A stretch of DNA of 64,000 nt from Candidatus Parcubacteria bacterium (GCA_027324805.1 DAHVRZ010000001.1:2945-66944); one strand, 5' to 3'. Shown: positions 54,269 to 64,000, numbered from the stretch's first letter. Notes: a model not told the origin generated them from the letters alone. Numbers and translations: made by a program.

Positions 54269-54323
54269 GTTTATTTTTTTGATTTTTTTATCGGAGTCGG
54301 GGATACGGCTGCGGGGGGACGTC

Positions 54324-55670
54324 TCACAGTTCAACTGTTTCTCCCTGTTTCGGCACCTCCGCCGAGACGCCCAGGATTTCGGTTATTTTTCCGGCGAGAG
54401 CGATGCTCGACGGCCCTTCGCCCTGCACCACCCATGCCTTCTTGAGACCCTTCATGGCGCCCACCCACTCGACAAGATGCGGCTGGTCGGCATGCGCGGA
54501 GTAGCCGGGAATATTCACGCGGTGCGCACGCACGGGAATCGTCTCGCCGAAAATGCGCACCTCCTGCATGCCCTCGAGGATCTGCCGTCCCATCGATCCG
54601 GTCGCTTGATATCCCACAAAAACAATCGTACTTTTCGGATCGGGAAGGTAGCGCATTTCGTGATGAAGAATACGGCCGCCGTTCGACATGCCCGAACCCG
54701 CAATGATGATCTTCGGCGGCTTCACGCCGTTGATTTCCTTTGACTGCTCCGTTGTCAGCGTCAGTGTAAGGCCGGGAAAATTCAAAATATCATCGCCCGT
54801 TATCTTTTCTTCTTCTTTGATCGCATTATTGAAATAATCCTCGTGCTTTTTATATACCTCGGTCACCTTGATGGCGAGAGGGCTGTCTATGTAAACAGGA
54901 ACCCTCGGAATTTCGTTTTTTTCGAAAAGCTCATGAAGCACATAGAGCAGGTCCTGGGTGCGCTCCATCGCAAACGAGGGGATCATAAGCGTACCGCCGT
55001 CGTGCACGGTGTCCACAATCGTCTTCCGCAGGATCTCCACGCGCTTCGGCACGTCGTCGTGCACACGGTCTCCATAAGTCGATTCGACAAGGCAATAATC
55101 GGCGGCGGGAACGGTTTCCGTCGCTTTGATGATCGGCGCCGGCGAGTTGCCGAGATCACCGGAGAATACGATCATTTTGCCCTCGGCCTCAACATGAATG
55201 ATTGCGGAGCCGAGAATATGCCCTGCATCGTACAGTTCGACAGTGAACGGCCCTATTGTAACTTTTTCGTGATAACCAAGGCCGTGCCAGTGCCGCATCA
55301 CGTTCTCGATATCCTCATTGTTATAGAGCGGCGGCCTCCCTTCGCGCTTCGCTTCATCGTTGAGGAGATGCTCGGAATCGACCAGCATGAGCTCGGCAAA
55401 ATCCTGTGTGGCGGTGGTGGAGTAGATCACGCCTTTAAACCCCGATTTTACGAGCGTCGGCAGGCGGCCAATATGATCAAGGTGTGCGTGCGTCGTGAAG
55501 ACCGCCTCGACCGAACCCGCTTCATACGGGAGCGGCTCGAAGTTTTCGCGTTCGGCATAGTGGCTCCCTTGATGGAGGCCGCAATCGATCATAATCCTCG
55601 TCGCGCCGGATTCGAGAATATAGTTTGCTCCCGTCGCTTCACTGCAGCCGCCATAAAAAGTGAGCTTCAT
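54324..55670 (-). CDS. MBL-fold beta-CASP RNA-metabolising hydrolase (second RNase J/CPSF-like enzyme)
   Basis: 448 aa. HAHLDH metal motif and beta-CASP motifs (ESTYGD, ...YSAHAD). Confidence 0.85.
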   Translation of the reverse strand: MKLTFYGGCSEATGANYILESGATRIMIDCGLHQGSHYAERENFEPLPYEAGSVEAVFTTHAHLDHIGRLPTLVKSGFKGVIYSTTATQDFAELMLVDSEHLLNDEAKREGRPPLYNNEDIENVMRHWHGLGYHEKVTIGPFTVELYDAGHILGSAIIHVEAEGKMIVFSGDLGNSPAPIIKATETVPAADYCLVESTYGDRVHDDVPKRVEILRKTIVDTVHDGGTLMIPSFAMERTQDLLYVLHELFEKNEIPRVPVYIDSPLAIKVTEVYKKHEDYFNNAIKEEEKITGDDILNFPGLTLTLTTEQSKEINGVKPPKIIIAGSGMSNGGRILHHEMRYLPDPKSTIVFVGYQATGSMGRQILEGMQEVRIFGETIPVRAHRVNIPGYSAHADQPHLVEWVGAMKGLKKAWVVQGEGPSSIALAGKITEILGVSAEVPKQGETVEL

Positions 55671-55707
55671 ATGCTCATTATAAACCTCAAACCCCCGAAT
55701 GAGTAAG

Positions 55708-56235
55708 TCAGGCCCCCCTCAACAGCTCCCGATCCATAAGAGATCCCATATCCTTCATACGATCAAGGAATACCACGCCGTTCAGATGGTCCGTCTCGTG
55801 CTGTATAATCCGCGCGAGGAGTCCCTCCGCCCGCAGCGTGAATTTCTTCCCATCAAGTCCATACGCCGTCACTGTTACGATATAAGACCGCCGCACAGCC
55901 CCAAAAAGTCCGCCGTGCGACACGCTTCCGCACCCTTCGTAATCAATCGCTTGTTTCCGGGAAACCGCCACGATCCGCGGATTGACGAATACCCGCACAG
56001 GGTCCTCCGTTTTAGGGTTCCTGGTTCTTGTCTGCCGGATCTCCGTGACGAATATCCTCTTATTGATCCCTATCTGGGGCGCGGCCATCCCGACAAGGTT
56101 ATAGCTCCGCATGGAATCGATAAGGTCGCGTGCGATCTTCTTCGTCGACGGCGACGATGCCGATGCGAGCGCCACGGACCTCGCCCTGATCGCCGGATCC
56201 CCTATTTGCGTTGCTGGTTTGATCGCCATATCCAA
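55708..56235 (-). CDS. def: Peptide deformylase
   Basis: GMAAPQIG, EGCGS and QHETDHLNG (HExxH) motifs. Confidence 0.92.
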   Translation of the reverse strand: MDMAIKPATQIGDPAIRARSVALASASSPSTKKIARDLIDSMRSYNLVGMAAPQIGINKRIFVTEIRQTRTRNPKTEDPVRVFVNPRIVAVSRKQAIDYEGCGSVSHGGLFGAVRRSYIVTVTAYGLDGKKFTLRAEGLLARIIQHETDHLNGVVFLDRMKDMGSLMDRELLRGA

Positions 56236-56248
56236 AAATCGTTTTTAT

Positions 56249-57565
56249 TCAGTGTCCGGCCATTTTTATCCGCATCGCATCTTCGAATGCCGACCGCTCG
56301 CTCCATGGCACCTTTCGGCCATTCGCCACATGGATCCATTCCTCGCTTCCCTTCCCCGTGCCGATGATCACATCACCCTCGCGGGCAAGATCGAACGCTT
56401 TATGCACCGCCTCCGCACGGTCCATGATCCGCAGGGTGTGCGCCATTTTCCCCGGGTCCTCGTCGCGTATGCCCTTTTCAACCTCGTTCACTATCTCCTC
56501 AGGGTCCTCGTCATATGGATCCTCGTCTGTGAGAATGATCTCATCGCACCACCGCGCCGCGACCGCGCCCATCGCCGGACGTTTCCATTTATCGCGCCCG
56601 CCGCCCGCCGATCCGAGGAGCGCGATGAGGCGCGGATGCGGGTGATCTTTGGTCGGTTTCGGCTTCACTGCGCGGTATGCCGCCTCGAGCGATTCCGGCG
56701 TGTGGGCGTAATCCACCACCGCCGTCCAGCCGTTCGCGCGGATAAATTCCATCCGTCCGGGTACGCCTTTGAAGTTGAGTATGGCTTTTTCGATCGTCGC
56801 GTCGTCTATGCCAAGCCTCCGCCCGATCGCCGCCGCAACGGCGATGTGCTCAATGTTAAAATCGCTCAAAATGAATGTTTCGGCCGCCGTACCTTTTCCG
56901 TTCAATGTTCTGCGCGCAGCCTCGATGCGCGGCAGGCAATCCTTAAGGAACTCGTCTTCTTTTGAATAGTTCACCGGAACGTTCGGGGGTGCCGCAAGCT
57001 CATTAAAGAAGAAGTTATATTCCCCGTCATCACGATTAAGGAACACCTCGCCGCCCCTCTTCAGGACATACTGCAGGAAGGAAAGTTTTGCCGCGCGATA
57101 TTTTTCATACGATCCATGCGACTCGATATGCTCCGGGTGGATGTTGGTGATCACTCCCATATGCCATTTGACGAACCGGTGGCGGTGCGCCGCGACGCCC
57201 TGCGACGTCACCTCAACGAGCGCATAATCGCACTTTATGCGCGCCGCTTTGTGGAGGAAATCTTGGATGTAGGCGCGGCCCGGCATCGAGTTGCCGGTGC
57301 GGTTCTTCGCGCTCCGATCCCCGATCTTTATGCGGAGCGATGAAAGAAGCGCTGTTTTTTTTCCGGCAGCCTCAAGAATCGCGTTTATGAGTTCGAGCGT
57401 CGTCGTCTTCCCTTTTGTTCCCGTCACGCCGATCGTCACCACCTCACTGCTTGGATGGCGGTACAGCGCGGCCCCCGTCCACGCCCAAAGGAAATGATAC
57501 GCGGACGATGCGCCGGGAAGGTTGTAGAAGAATTTTACAAGGCGGTGCTCTTTGAGATTCGGCAT
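56249..57565 (-). CDS. murE: Mur ligase family, MurE-like (UDP-MurNAc-L-Ala-D-Glu:diamino acid ligase)
   Basis: GVTGTKGKTTT P-loop, DYAHTPESL and GSAGGGRDKWKRP motifs. The first track ATG is a TTG (57604), so start placed at the MPNLKEH ATG. Confidence 0.8.
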   Translation of the reverse strand: MPNLKEHRLVKFFYNLPGASSAYHFLWAWTGAALYRHPSSEVVTIGVTGTKGKTTTLELINAILEAAGKKTALLSSLRIKIGDRSAKNRTGNSMPGRAYIQDFLHKAARIKCDYALVEVTSQGVAAHRHRFVKWHMGVITNIHPEHIESHGSYEKYRAAKLSFLQYVLKRGGEVFLNRDDGEYNFFFNELAAPPNVPVNYSKEDEFLKDCLPRIEAARRTLNGKGTAAETFILSDFNIEHIAVAAAIGRRLGIDDATIEKAILNFKGVPGRMEFIRANGWTAVVDYAHTPESLEAAYRAVKPKPTKDHPHPRLIALLGSAGGGRDKWKRPAMGAVAARWCDEIILTDEDPYDEDPEEIVNEVEKGIRDEDPGKMAHTLRIMDRAEAVHKAFDLAREGDVIIGTGKGSEEWIHVANGRKVPWSERSAFEDAMRIKMAGH

Positions 57566-57611
57566 TCTTGCCCGTATTTTAGACCTTATACAAAAATATT
57601 CCAACTTGGAT

Positions 57612-58205
57612 TCATGTTTTTGCGTTCAAAATTTTAAGCGCCGCCTTCAGCCGCTCCTCTGCGCCTTTCATATCGGCATCCACCCTTCCAAGCGCTGCCC
57701 GCGCCTCATCGCGGCGATAACCGAGGCCGGTGAGCGCCTCCACAAGGTCCGAATCGGTTTCCATTTTTTCCACCATAGATCCCGAGTGCGTTGATTCCAC
57801 TTTCGTCTTTAATTCAAGGATCACGCGTTCGGCCGTCTTTCTGCCGATCCCCGCGGCACGGGTAAGGAGGTCCGGTCGGTTCTCCTTGATCGCCGCGGCG
57901 AGCTCGTCGAGGGGCCCCGTATCGAGGATTGCGAGTGCCGACTTCGGGCCCACGCCCGATACGCCGATCAGCATTTCGAAGAAATCGCGTTCCGCTTCCG
58001 AAGAAAAGCCGTATAAGTCGAGTGCATCCTCTTTCACGTGAAGATGCGAGAAAAGCGCCACACTCCCCGCGTTCTCGCCGCCTACGGCCGGAAGCGCCGC
58101 AATCGTCGCTTTGCTTGCAGAAAGCTTTAATCCCACGCCACCCGCCTCCACAACGACAAAGCTTTCCCCTTTGAATGCCAATTTCCCGGAAACGCTGTAG
58201 ATCAT
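57612..58205 (-). CDS. ruvA: Holliday junction DNA helicase RuvA
   Basis: 197 aa. Domain I OB fold. HhH pair (LIGVSGVGPKSALAIL, AAGIGRKTAERVILEL). C-terminal domain III. Confidence 0.9.
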   Translation of the reverse strand: MIYSVSGKLAFKGESFVVVEAGGVGLKLSASKATIAALPAVGGENAGSVALFSHLHVKEDALDLYGFSSEAERDFFEMLIGVSGVGPKSALAILDTGPLDELAAAIKENRPDLLTRAAGIGRKTAERVILELKTKVESTHSGSMVEKMETDSDLVEALTGLGYRRDEARAALGRVDADMKGAEERLKAALKILNAKT

Positions 58206-58278
58206 ACGCTTATTATAAACTTGGCCCGCCTAAAACATAGCCCTTGCAAAAACACAGCTTTCCTTTATAATAGTTCCC

Positions 58279-58554
58279 ATGCCGATAACCAGCTCAGCCA
58301 AGAAGGCTCTCCGCCAGAACGTCACCCGCCGCAAACGGAATGTTGTAAAAAAGGATACTTACAAGAAAGCCGTCACGGACTATCGCAAACTCATCATCGC
58401 AAAGAAGTTCGACGAAGCCGCGAAGGCATTCCCCGCGGTATTCAAGGCCCTCGATAAGGCCGCCAAGACGAAGGTGATCGAAAAGAACAAGGCAAGCCGC
58501 CTTAAGTCCCGCCTCGCTCAGCTCACCAGCAGATCGACCAAGGCTTCTTCGTAG
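58279..58554 (+). CDS. rpsT: 30S ribosomal protein S20
   Basis: 91 aa. PITSSAKKALRQNVTRRKRN... typical S20. Promoter TTGCAA-17-TATAAT with the ATG 7 nt after the -10 (leaderless). Confidence 0.9.
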   Translation: MPITSSAKKALRQNVTRRKRNVVKKDTYKKAVTDYRKLIIAKKFDEAAKAFPAVFKALDKAAKTKVIEKNKASRLKSRLAQLTSRSTKASS

Positions 58555-59312
58555 TCCACCTTACCCGACTTGACCGCAAGGTCATACTCCGCCATGTGCG
58601 GAGTTTTTTCTTGCCACTGGGCGGCAAGGATATTGAAAATCTTCGCCGGAGGGTCCGAAAGGGCGAGCATGGACTCGAAGGCATAGAGTCGGCTGCGAAG
58701 ATCGAGACTTTTGAGACCGTTCATCAGTGCCCAGTAATTCGGCGCCACCTCGAGATCAAATTCAATAAGATCGTTTTTTTCTATCATCTTCGCACCGCGT
58801 GCAGCGGAAAATCCCGCAAGCTTCTCGAGCTCCGTAACAAGACCCCAGGTATCCCCTTGGAATACGTTTGCGAGAAGCTGCGCTGCCGCCGGAGCGAGGT
58901 TCGCGCCGCGTTCCTTTGCAGCTGCCTTTATAAACGCAAGCCACTCCGCTCCCGTGAGAGCGTCGAATTTCTGTGAAATCGCCGGCTTTTCAAGAAGGAA
59001 TGCGAGCGCCTTCACTGGTTTGTCTTTTTCGGAGAGAAGGATGGTGCTTTCTTTTGTTTCGAGGAACGGTTTAAGGAACTTTGCGAGCTGTTTTGCTTCG
59101 AGTTCGAATGCATTTTCAACCAGCACGAGCTTCGGCACGTCGAAAAGCGACCGTGTCCTCAGGAATTCCTCCGCCGCCGTCTGCATATTCTTATTTTCAA
59201 AATCGAACGCTTCGAGGCCCATAGCCGAACGCTTTTTGACGAATTCCGCGATCACGGCGCGTTTCTTTTCCGTCCGCCGGTAGTCGTCGTGGCCGTAAAG
59301 AAAAACGATCAT
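58518..59312 (-). CDS. holA: DNA polymerase III delta subunit (short form)
   Basis: 264 aa. MIVFLYGHDDYRR N-terminus and overall HolA-like helical architecture. Tail-to-tail overlap with rpsT (about 37 nt). Confidence 0.7.
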   Translation of the reverse strand: MIVFLYGHDDYRRTEKKRAVIAEFVKKRSAMGLEAFDFENKNMQTAAEEFLRTRSLFDVPKLVLVENAFELEAKQLAKFLKPFLETKESTILLSEKDKPVKALAFLLEKPAISQKFDALTGAEWLAFIKAAAKERGANLAPAAAQLLANVFQGDTWGLVTELEKLAGFSAARGAKMIEKNDLIEFDLEVAPNYWALMNGLKSLDLRSRLYAFESMLALSDPPAKIFNILAAQWQEKTPHMAEYDLAVKSGKVDYEEALVDLLVS

Positions 59313-59397
59313 ACCGTAAGGATAGTTCGTTTATCCACAAAATCAAATTGCGAATGTCGTCCATGCGGCATTACTATGAATATCAGGAGGGACCACG

Positions 59398-59730
59398 ATG
59401 GTTTCCTATTTCATCCCCATCTCCCCCGAACTCGCCGCGGCAGCGCGCCGCGAAGTATTCAGGGCGCACATCTCATCATTAACACTGCAGGAAAAGTTCT
59501 GCTTTGAAGGCGATTTTAAAAGGGTCGCCGCCTGGATAGGCCTCGGATGTCCAAGAGTTAAATGGCCCGAGCTCCGCAACGATCTTATCCGCGTCTCAAG
59601 CCGCCTCCGCAACATTGCGAACCTGACATCCGCCGAAAAGGATGCGATGGAACGCCTGTTCCGGGAATCGATTAAGCAGGAACCCGACTTCAAAATCGTA
59701 CGAATGCTCTGGGCTTATATTGAGGCCTGA
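59398..59730 (+). CDS. Hypothetical protein (110 aa)
   Basis: SD GGAGGG 7 nt upstream of the ATG. Confidence 0.5.
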   Translation: MVSYFIPISPELAAAARREVFRAHISSLTLQEKFCFEGDFKRVAAWIGLGCPRVKWPELRNDLIRVSSRLRNIANLTSAEKDAMERLFRESIKQEPDFKIVRMLWAYIEA

Positions 59731-59741
59731 TGATAAAAATC

Positions 59742-59770
59742 GGCGATCGCCCCCGCGATCGCCTTTTCTA
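59742..59770. terminator. Bidirectional terminator (hypothetical / pyrG)
   Basis: GGCGATCGC-CCCC-GCGATCGCC then TTTTCTATTT. Confidence 0.75.
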
Positions 59771-61492
59771 TTTCCCTTTTTCTTTATCGGCCGCGGCACG
59801 GCGTTCGCCGGCTACCTTCACGAATTCACGGAAGAGCGGATTGGGGCGCATGGGCCGCGACTTGAGCTCGGGATGGAACTGCGCACCCGCAAAGAACGGA
59901 TGGATCTTTTTGGGAAGCTCCATTACTTCCATAAGCCGCCGCGACGGTGATTGTCCGGAGAAGACGATGCCCGCGCGTTCCAGCCGCTTCACGAACACCG
60001 GATTCACCTCGAAACGATGGCGGTGTCTTTCGCTGATCCTCGTCACGCCATAGGCGCGTTCCGCGATCGTTCCTTTCTTGAGCACGGCAGGATAAGCGCC
60101 GAGACGCATCGTCGCGCCATACTTCTTTTCCGCTATAAGCTTCTTCTGCTCCAGGAGAATGTCTATGACGGGATGCTTTGTTGCCGGATTGATCTCTGTC
60201 GTGTTCGCGTCCTTCCAGCCAAGCACATTGCGCGCAATTTCGATCGTGGCAAGTTGCATGCCATAACAAAGCCCTAAATATGGGATCTTCCGCTCGCGGC
60301 AGTAACGGATCGCCTCCAGCTTTCCCTCCACTCCTCTCGCGCCGAAACCGCCGGGGACGATGACTCCGTCGTATAAATCGAGTTCGCTCAGATTCTCCGC
60401 GGCGACAGCAGCCGCCTTCGCCACACTTTCCTTCGCCCCCCCAGCTCTGGTTGCGCGCACTTCGAAATCCTCCGAATCGATCCAGTGGATCTGAGGTTTG
60501 AACCCCCAGTGCGCTGCAGCATGTCTGATTGCTTCAATAACAGAAAGATACGAATCGGCAAGCACAAACTTTCCGCTCGAGAAATATTTGCCCACAATAC
60601 CAATATTCACCGGCTGCGTCGCTCCGTCCATGCGCTCCACGAGCGCGCGCCATTCCTTAAGGTCTTTCTTTGGCGGACGGAGGTCGAGCTTCGCAAGGAT
60701 CTTGTTCCCGAAATTATCCTTTTCAAAATTAATGGGGATGTCATAGATATCGTCCACATCCGGCGCGGAGATGACATCTTCCTCGCTCACACTGCAATTG
60801 AATGCGATCTTCTCTTTCCGCTTCTCGTCGATGGGATACTTCGCCCGCGCGAGAATGAAATCGGGCTGGAGGCCGACGCTGTTCAACGCACGCACCGCAT
60901 GCTGGGTGGGCTTGGTCTTCAGCTCATTGTCGTCATTCATTATCGGAAGGTGGCTCACGAGAATGAGCACGACGTCCTTCGGAAATTTTATCTTCAGCAT
61001 ACGCACCGCTTCGAGAAACAGAATGTTCTCATACTCACCTGCGGTACCCCCGATTTCCGTGATCGCTATCTTCGCCTTCGCGAGTTCCGCCGCCTTGCGT
61101 ATCCGCTCGATCACCTCCATTGGAATATACGGGACCACGCTCACTGAGCGACCGCCGTAACCCATGCTGCGCTCACGCTCAATCACGGTCTTATAGACGC
61201 TGCCCGTTGTCATATAGTTCACGCCCGAAAGATCCCTATCGAGGAAGCGTTCGTAGTTCCCCATATCCTGATCGCACTCCGTACCGTCATCCAAAACAAA
61301 AACCTCACCGTGCTCGGTGGGGTTCATGGTGCCGGCGTCCACATTGACGTATGGATCGATCTTGAGGGACGTCACCTCGATCCCGCGGGACTGCAGAATC
61401 TTTGCTATAGAGGATGAAGCGACCCCTTTCCCGACACCCGACATCACTCCTCCGACGACAAAAATGAATTTTGTGTTCGGGGAAGCGCTCAT
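59768..61492 (-). CDS. pyrG: CTP synthase
   Basis: N-terminal FIFVVGGVMSGVGKG synthetase motif. C-terminal glutamine amidotransferase (GLCYGMQL). TATAAT 7 nt upstream of the ATG at 61492 (leaderless). Confidence 0.92.
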   Translation of the reverse strand: MSASPNTKFIFVVGGVMSGVGKGVASSSIAKILQSRGIEVTSLKIDPYVNVDAGTMNPTEHGEVFVLDDGTECDQDMGNYERFLDRDLSGVNYMTTGSVYKTVIERERSMGYGGRSVSVVPYIPMEVIERIRKAAELAKAKIAITEIGGTAGEYENILFLEAVRMLKIKFPKDVVLILVSHLPIMNDDNELKTKPTQHAVRALNSVGLQPDFILARAKYPIDEKRKEKIAFNCSVSEEDVISAPDVDDIYDIPINFEKDNFGNKILAKLDLRPPKKDLKEWRALVERMDGATQPVNIGIVGKYFSSGKFVLADSYLSVIEAIRHAAAHWGFKPQIHWIDSEDFEVRATRAGGAKESVAKAAAVAAENLSELDLYDGVIVPGGFGARGVEGKLEAIRYCRERKIPYLGLCYGMQLATIEIARNVLGWKDANTTEINPATKHPVIDILLEQKKLIAEKKYGATMRLGAYPAVLKKGTIAERAYGVTRISERHRHRFEVNPVFVKRLERAGIVFSGQSPSRRLMEVMELPKKIHPFFAGAQFHPELKSRPMRPNPLFREFVKVAGERRAAADKEKGK

Positions 61493-61541
61493 GTGCATTA
61501 TTATACACGAGACAAATCCAGGACTGCAAATTGCTTTCTCC

Positions 61542-62939
61542 CTAGAATAAATCCGCCGCGCTCACTTCGTGTTTCGGCACCAAATTCGGATCTGTTGGAA
61601 TGGCGAGAGAGATGGTCGTTCCCCGTCCAAGTTCCGATTCTGCCCAGATCTGGCCTCCATGGGCCTCAACGATCCCTTTGGCCATATAAAGGCCGAGTCC
61701 GGAACCCTCCGTTTGCGCTTTTACGGCATTGTTGGCACGGTAAAACTTACTGAACAGCTTCGCAACCGATTCCGGAGGAATGCCGATGCCCGTATCCCTC
61801 ACGCTTACCACGAGATACGGCTTATCCTGCAGGCGATCTACCTTTACCGTTATCTCGCCGTTCTCGACATTGTAGCGGATGGCATTCTCAAGAATGTTCG
61901 TGAGCGCAATGGAGAGTCTCTTGGGATCGATCATCACCATCGGAAGCTCCCCCGAAGGTCTATCAAGATAGATCTTCACCCCCGCCTTGCGCGCCGCAGG
62001 AAGAACTCCCGCGAGCACGCCATTCACATACTGCAGAAGGTCGGTGCTTTCGAACGAATATCCCATCTGCCCATCCTCCATCTTCGCGATGCTCAATAGG
62101 TCTTCAATGCGCGCGAGAAGATTTTGGCTCGCTGCGGCAGCCGTCTGAGCGATCATTTTGTCGGTTTCATTCAGCTCCTGTGCCTGCGTAAGCGACTGGA
62201 GTGCCCAGTTAATATCCGTCACCGGACCGCGAAGCTGGTGCGAGGCCACCGTGACAAACTCGTCTTTTGATCGCAGCGCGGAAATCTGCGGTGTGCGGTC
62301 GCGGATGATCTTTACAAATGCAATCGTGCGCCCATTCTCGTCCGCAACGGGCGCCGTTGATATCCGGAGTTCAAGCTCCGGATCCGTAAGCGAAACATCC
62401 GCCACCTGCGGCACCTCCCCTTCGGCGCTCTTCGGTACGACGCGCGGGGCGAGCGACGGGAAAATCACCTGCGCAAGCGTCCTCCATCCTCCCGACGACT
62501 CCGCGTCGCGCGGGGAAAGCACGTGCCCGATCGCAGCGGAAGCGTCGATCCCGAACAATTTTTCGGCCGCATGATTGAAGAAGCTTATCCGAAAATCGCC
62601 CCCGTACATTATGAGTGAATCTTCAATCGCCCCCATGATGCTTTTTATCTCGCCCTGGCCGCCCGATGCGAGCTCGGCAACACTCCGCCGCTTCGACGTC
62701 CGGAGCGCCACAAAGAAAAGGGCTGCGATGGAAAGAAGGGCCGCCACCTCCCCGATCATGAATGGCAAGGGCATCCCTCCGGCGGCTGCAATCCCGACAG
62801 CAACCACAACCGCCACAATAAAGAGCCATGCCGCAAGCGGCAGCGGCGCACCGGCCGTTTTTTTAGATGTAGATTCTGCTTTTGCCAATGCCTTAATGAT
62901 ACCCCAAACTATCCCATTAAAACAGCGCTTTTTGCCCAT
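61542..62939 (-). CDS. Sensor histidine kinase (2 TM - PAS - HisKA - HATPase_c); start uncertain
   Basis: H-box VASHQLRGPVTDI. G-boxes GSGLGLYMAKGIVEAHGGQIW. The long ORF to 63047 overlaps the upstream gene by 130 nt, so an internal ATG (62939) is preferred. Confidence 0.8.
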   Translation of the reverse strand: MGKKRCFNGIVWGIIKALAKAESTSKKTAGAPLPLAAWLFIVAVVVAVGIAAAGGMPLPFMIGEVAALLSIAALFFVALRTSKRRSVAELASGGQGEIKSIMGAIEDSLIMYGGDFRISFFNHAAEKLFGIDASAAIGHVLSPRDAESSGGWRTLAQVIFPSLAPRVVPKSAEGEVPQVADVSLTDPELELRISTAPVADENGRTIAFVKIIRDRTPQISALRSKDEFVTVASHQLRGPVTDINWALQSLTQAQELNETDKMIAQTAAAASQNLLARIEDLLSIAKMEDGQMGYSFESTDLLQYVNGVLAGVLPAARKAGVKIYLDRPSGELPMVMIDPKRLSIALTNILENAIRYNVENGEITVKVDRLQDKPYLVVSVRDTGIGIPPESVAKLFSKFYRANNAVKAQTEGSGLGLYMAKGIVEAHGGQIWAESELGRGTTISLAIPTDPNLVPKHEVSAADLF

Positions 62940-63888
62940 CCGCCATACCGGAACCCTGCCCGTTTCCCCTCTTTTCCTTCCCGGAAGCCTGCTTTGCACC
63001 CGAAACTCCCGCATCGCTTTCGTATATCCTTTTAAGCAACGTCGCAAATCCCATGGTTATAAAATATTCCTCGATGTGCTTGTCTTTTATATCGGCATGC
63101 GGCGCAAGATCCCCGATCGGCGGAATCACGATAGGCACGTGCCGCTCGAGCACCACGAGATCACGCGACTGTTCGGCCGCGGCGCGATGGGGCGTGATCT
63201 TTTTTTCGAGCATCGCATCTTCGCCATGTGCGGCGGTATCAAGTATCTTATCGAGTGATCCGAATTTCTGCAGAAGCTCTACTGCGGTCTTCGGCCCGAT
63301 GCCCGGTACGCCTTTTATATTGTCCGATGCGTCCCCAACGAGCGCTTTATAGTCCACCATCTGCCCCGGCGTGACGCCAAACTTTTCCTTTACGGACGCC
63401 TCGTCATAGATCATCGTATCGCTCACCCCTTTGATGAATGTCTGCACGAACACGTGGCCGTCTTCGACCAGCTGGAGCGTATCGCGATCGCCCGTAAGGA
63501 TAACCACCTTCACTCCCTCCTCCCGACGGAACCGTTCCGCGAATGTCGCAATAAGGTCGTCGGCCTCATACCCCGGAGCTTCGAACGTGGGGATGCCGAA
63601 TGCGGCGAAGAGCGCATGCGCTTCCACGATCTGCGCAATGAGTTCATTGGGCGCGGGGGGGCGTTGGGCTTTGTACTCGGCATATTTCTGTTCACGGAAT
63701 GTTGGCTCGGGCCGATCAAAGAGTGCCACGGCATAGTCGGGCCGATCCTCGCGCCAAAGCTTCAATAAGATACTCGCTATACCGTAAATCGCCCCGCTCG
63801 GCCTCCCGTCCGGCGCCGTGAATGGCGGTATCGCGTGGAACGACCTATGGATGATCGAATTTGCGTCGATGAGGAGCAGTTTTTTCAT
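62917..63888 (-). CDS. Stand-alone 5'-3' exonuclease (Pol I N-terminal / FEN-like domain)
   Basis: 323 aa. LLLIDANSIIHRSFHA, EADDLIA and GIGPKTAVELL (H3TH) motifs. No polymerase domain in the same ORF. Confidence 0.88.
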   Translation of the reverse strand: MKKLLLIDANSIIHRSFHAIPPFTAPDGRPSGAIYGIASILLKLWREDRPDYAVALFDRPEPTFREQKYAEYKAQRPPAPNELIAQIVEAHALFAAFGIPTFEAPGYEADDLIATFAERFRREEGVKVVILTGDRDTLQLVEDGHVFVQTFIKGVSDTMIYDEASVKEKFGVTPGQMVDYKALVGDASDNIKGVPGIGPKTAVELLQKFGSLDKILDTAAHGEDAMLEKKITPHRAAAEQSRDLVVLERHVPIVIPPIGDLAPHADIKDKHIEEYFITMGFATLLKRIYESDAGVSGAKQASGKEKRGNGQGSGMADGQKALF

Positions 63889-64000
63889 AAAATCTTTATC
63901 TTTCGCACACCTTCTTTTTTATCATACTCGAATTTTATCCGGGTCGCGCCGCGCGGTATCGCATCTTTTATGCGCTCGCCCCACTCTATGAGCACTATGT
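63885..64000 (-). CDS. C-terminal fragment of an unidentified gene running off the window end
   Basis: Open minus-strand frame ending ...GATRIKFEYDKKEGVRKIKIL*, whose TGA overlaps the ATG of the exonuclease gene (ATGA). Confidence 0.35.
   Translation of the reverse strand, partial: IVLIEWGERIKDAIPRGATRIKFEYDKKEGVRKIKIL

Noticed and set aside
1-64000. CRISPR arrays, IS elements, integrases
   Set aside because: No short regularly spaced direct repeats, transposase or integrase signatures were seen on either strand. The only notable DNA repeat is the 47-nt pilin N-terminal segment.

Overview
This is a 64-kb, high-GC (about 60%) window of a compact bacterial chromosome with a housekeeping core. 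Reduced proteins, a split-off 5'-3' exonuclease, large type IV pilin-like proteins and many leaderless genes are consistent with a reduced-genome bacterium such as a CPR/Patescibacteria member. That lineage call is tentative. CDS coordinates are anchored on the supplied ORF track. Hand-derived coordinates (RNAs, promoters, terminators, alternative starts) may be off by 1-2 nt.

Housekeeping content:
- Translation: IleRS, TrpRS, ArgRS, IF-3, L35, L20, S20, SmpB, tmRNA, two tRNAs, peptide deformylase, TruD.
- Glycolysis: enolase translationally coupled to one of two divergent cofactor-independent phosphoglycerate mutases, plus a short pyruvate kinase.
- DNA metabolism: LexA, UDG, PolX, RuvA, HolA, a stand-alone 5'-3' exonuclease.
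- RNases: RNase J and a second beta-CASP enzyme.
- Membrane and transport: SecG, OppA-like binding protein, MFS, NRAMP, AI-2E.

Most notable observations:
1. The IleRS carries a complete, catalytically intact histidine-phosphatase domain of about 210 aa inserted in its catalytic core. A stand-alone paralog sits next to trpS.
2. A three-gene module: a PLP fold-II enzyme, a CofE-like gamma-glutamyl-ligase-family protein with a novel N-terminal domain, and a single polypeptide of two tandem PanD-like (aspartate decarboxylase) barrels with complementary loss of catalytic residues.
3. A minimal Nqr/Rnf-like flavin electron-transfer pair next to an ECF sigma/anti-sigma pair.
4. A membrane-anchored Hsp100/Clp ATPase with a degenerate first ATPase domain.
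5. A previously unannotated tmRNA gene with its own promoter and terminator, flanked by a low-GC putative island.
6. A lexA locus with a candidate operator palindrome and a divergent promoter/terminator-bounded transcript without an obvious ORF.
7. A pervasive pattern of leaderless genes (TATAAT 6-7 nt upstream of the start codon).
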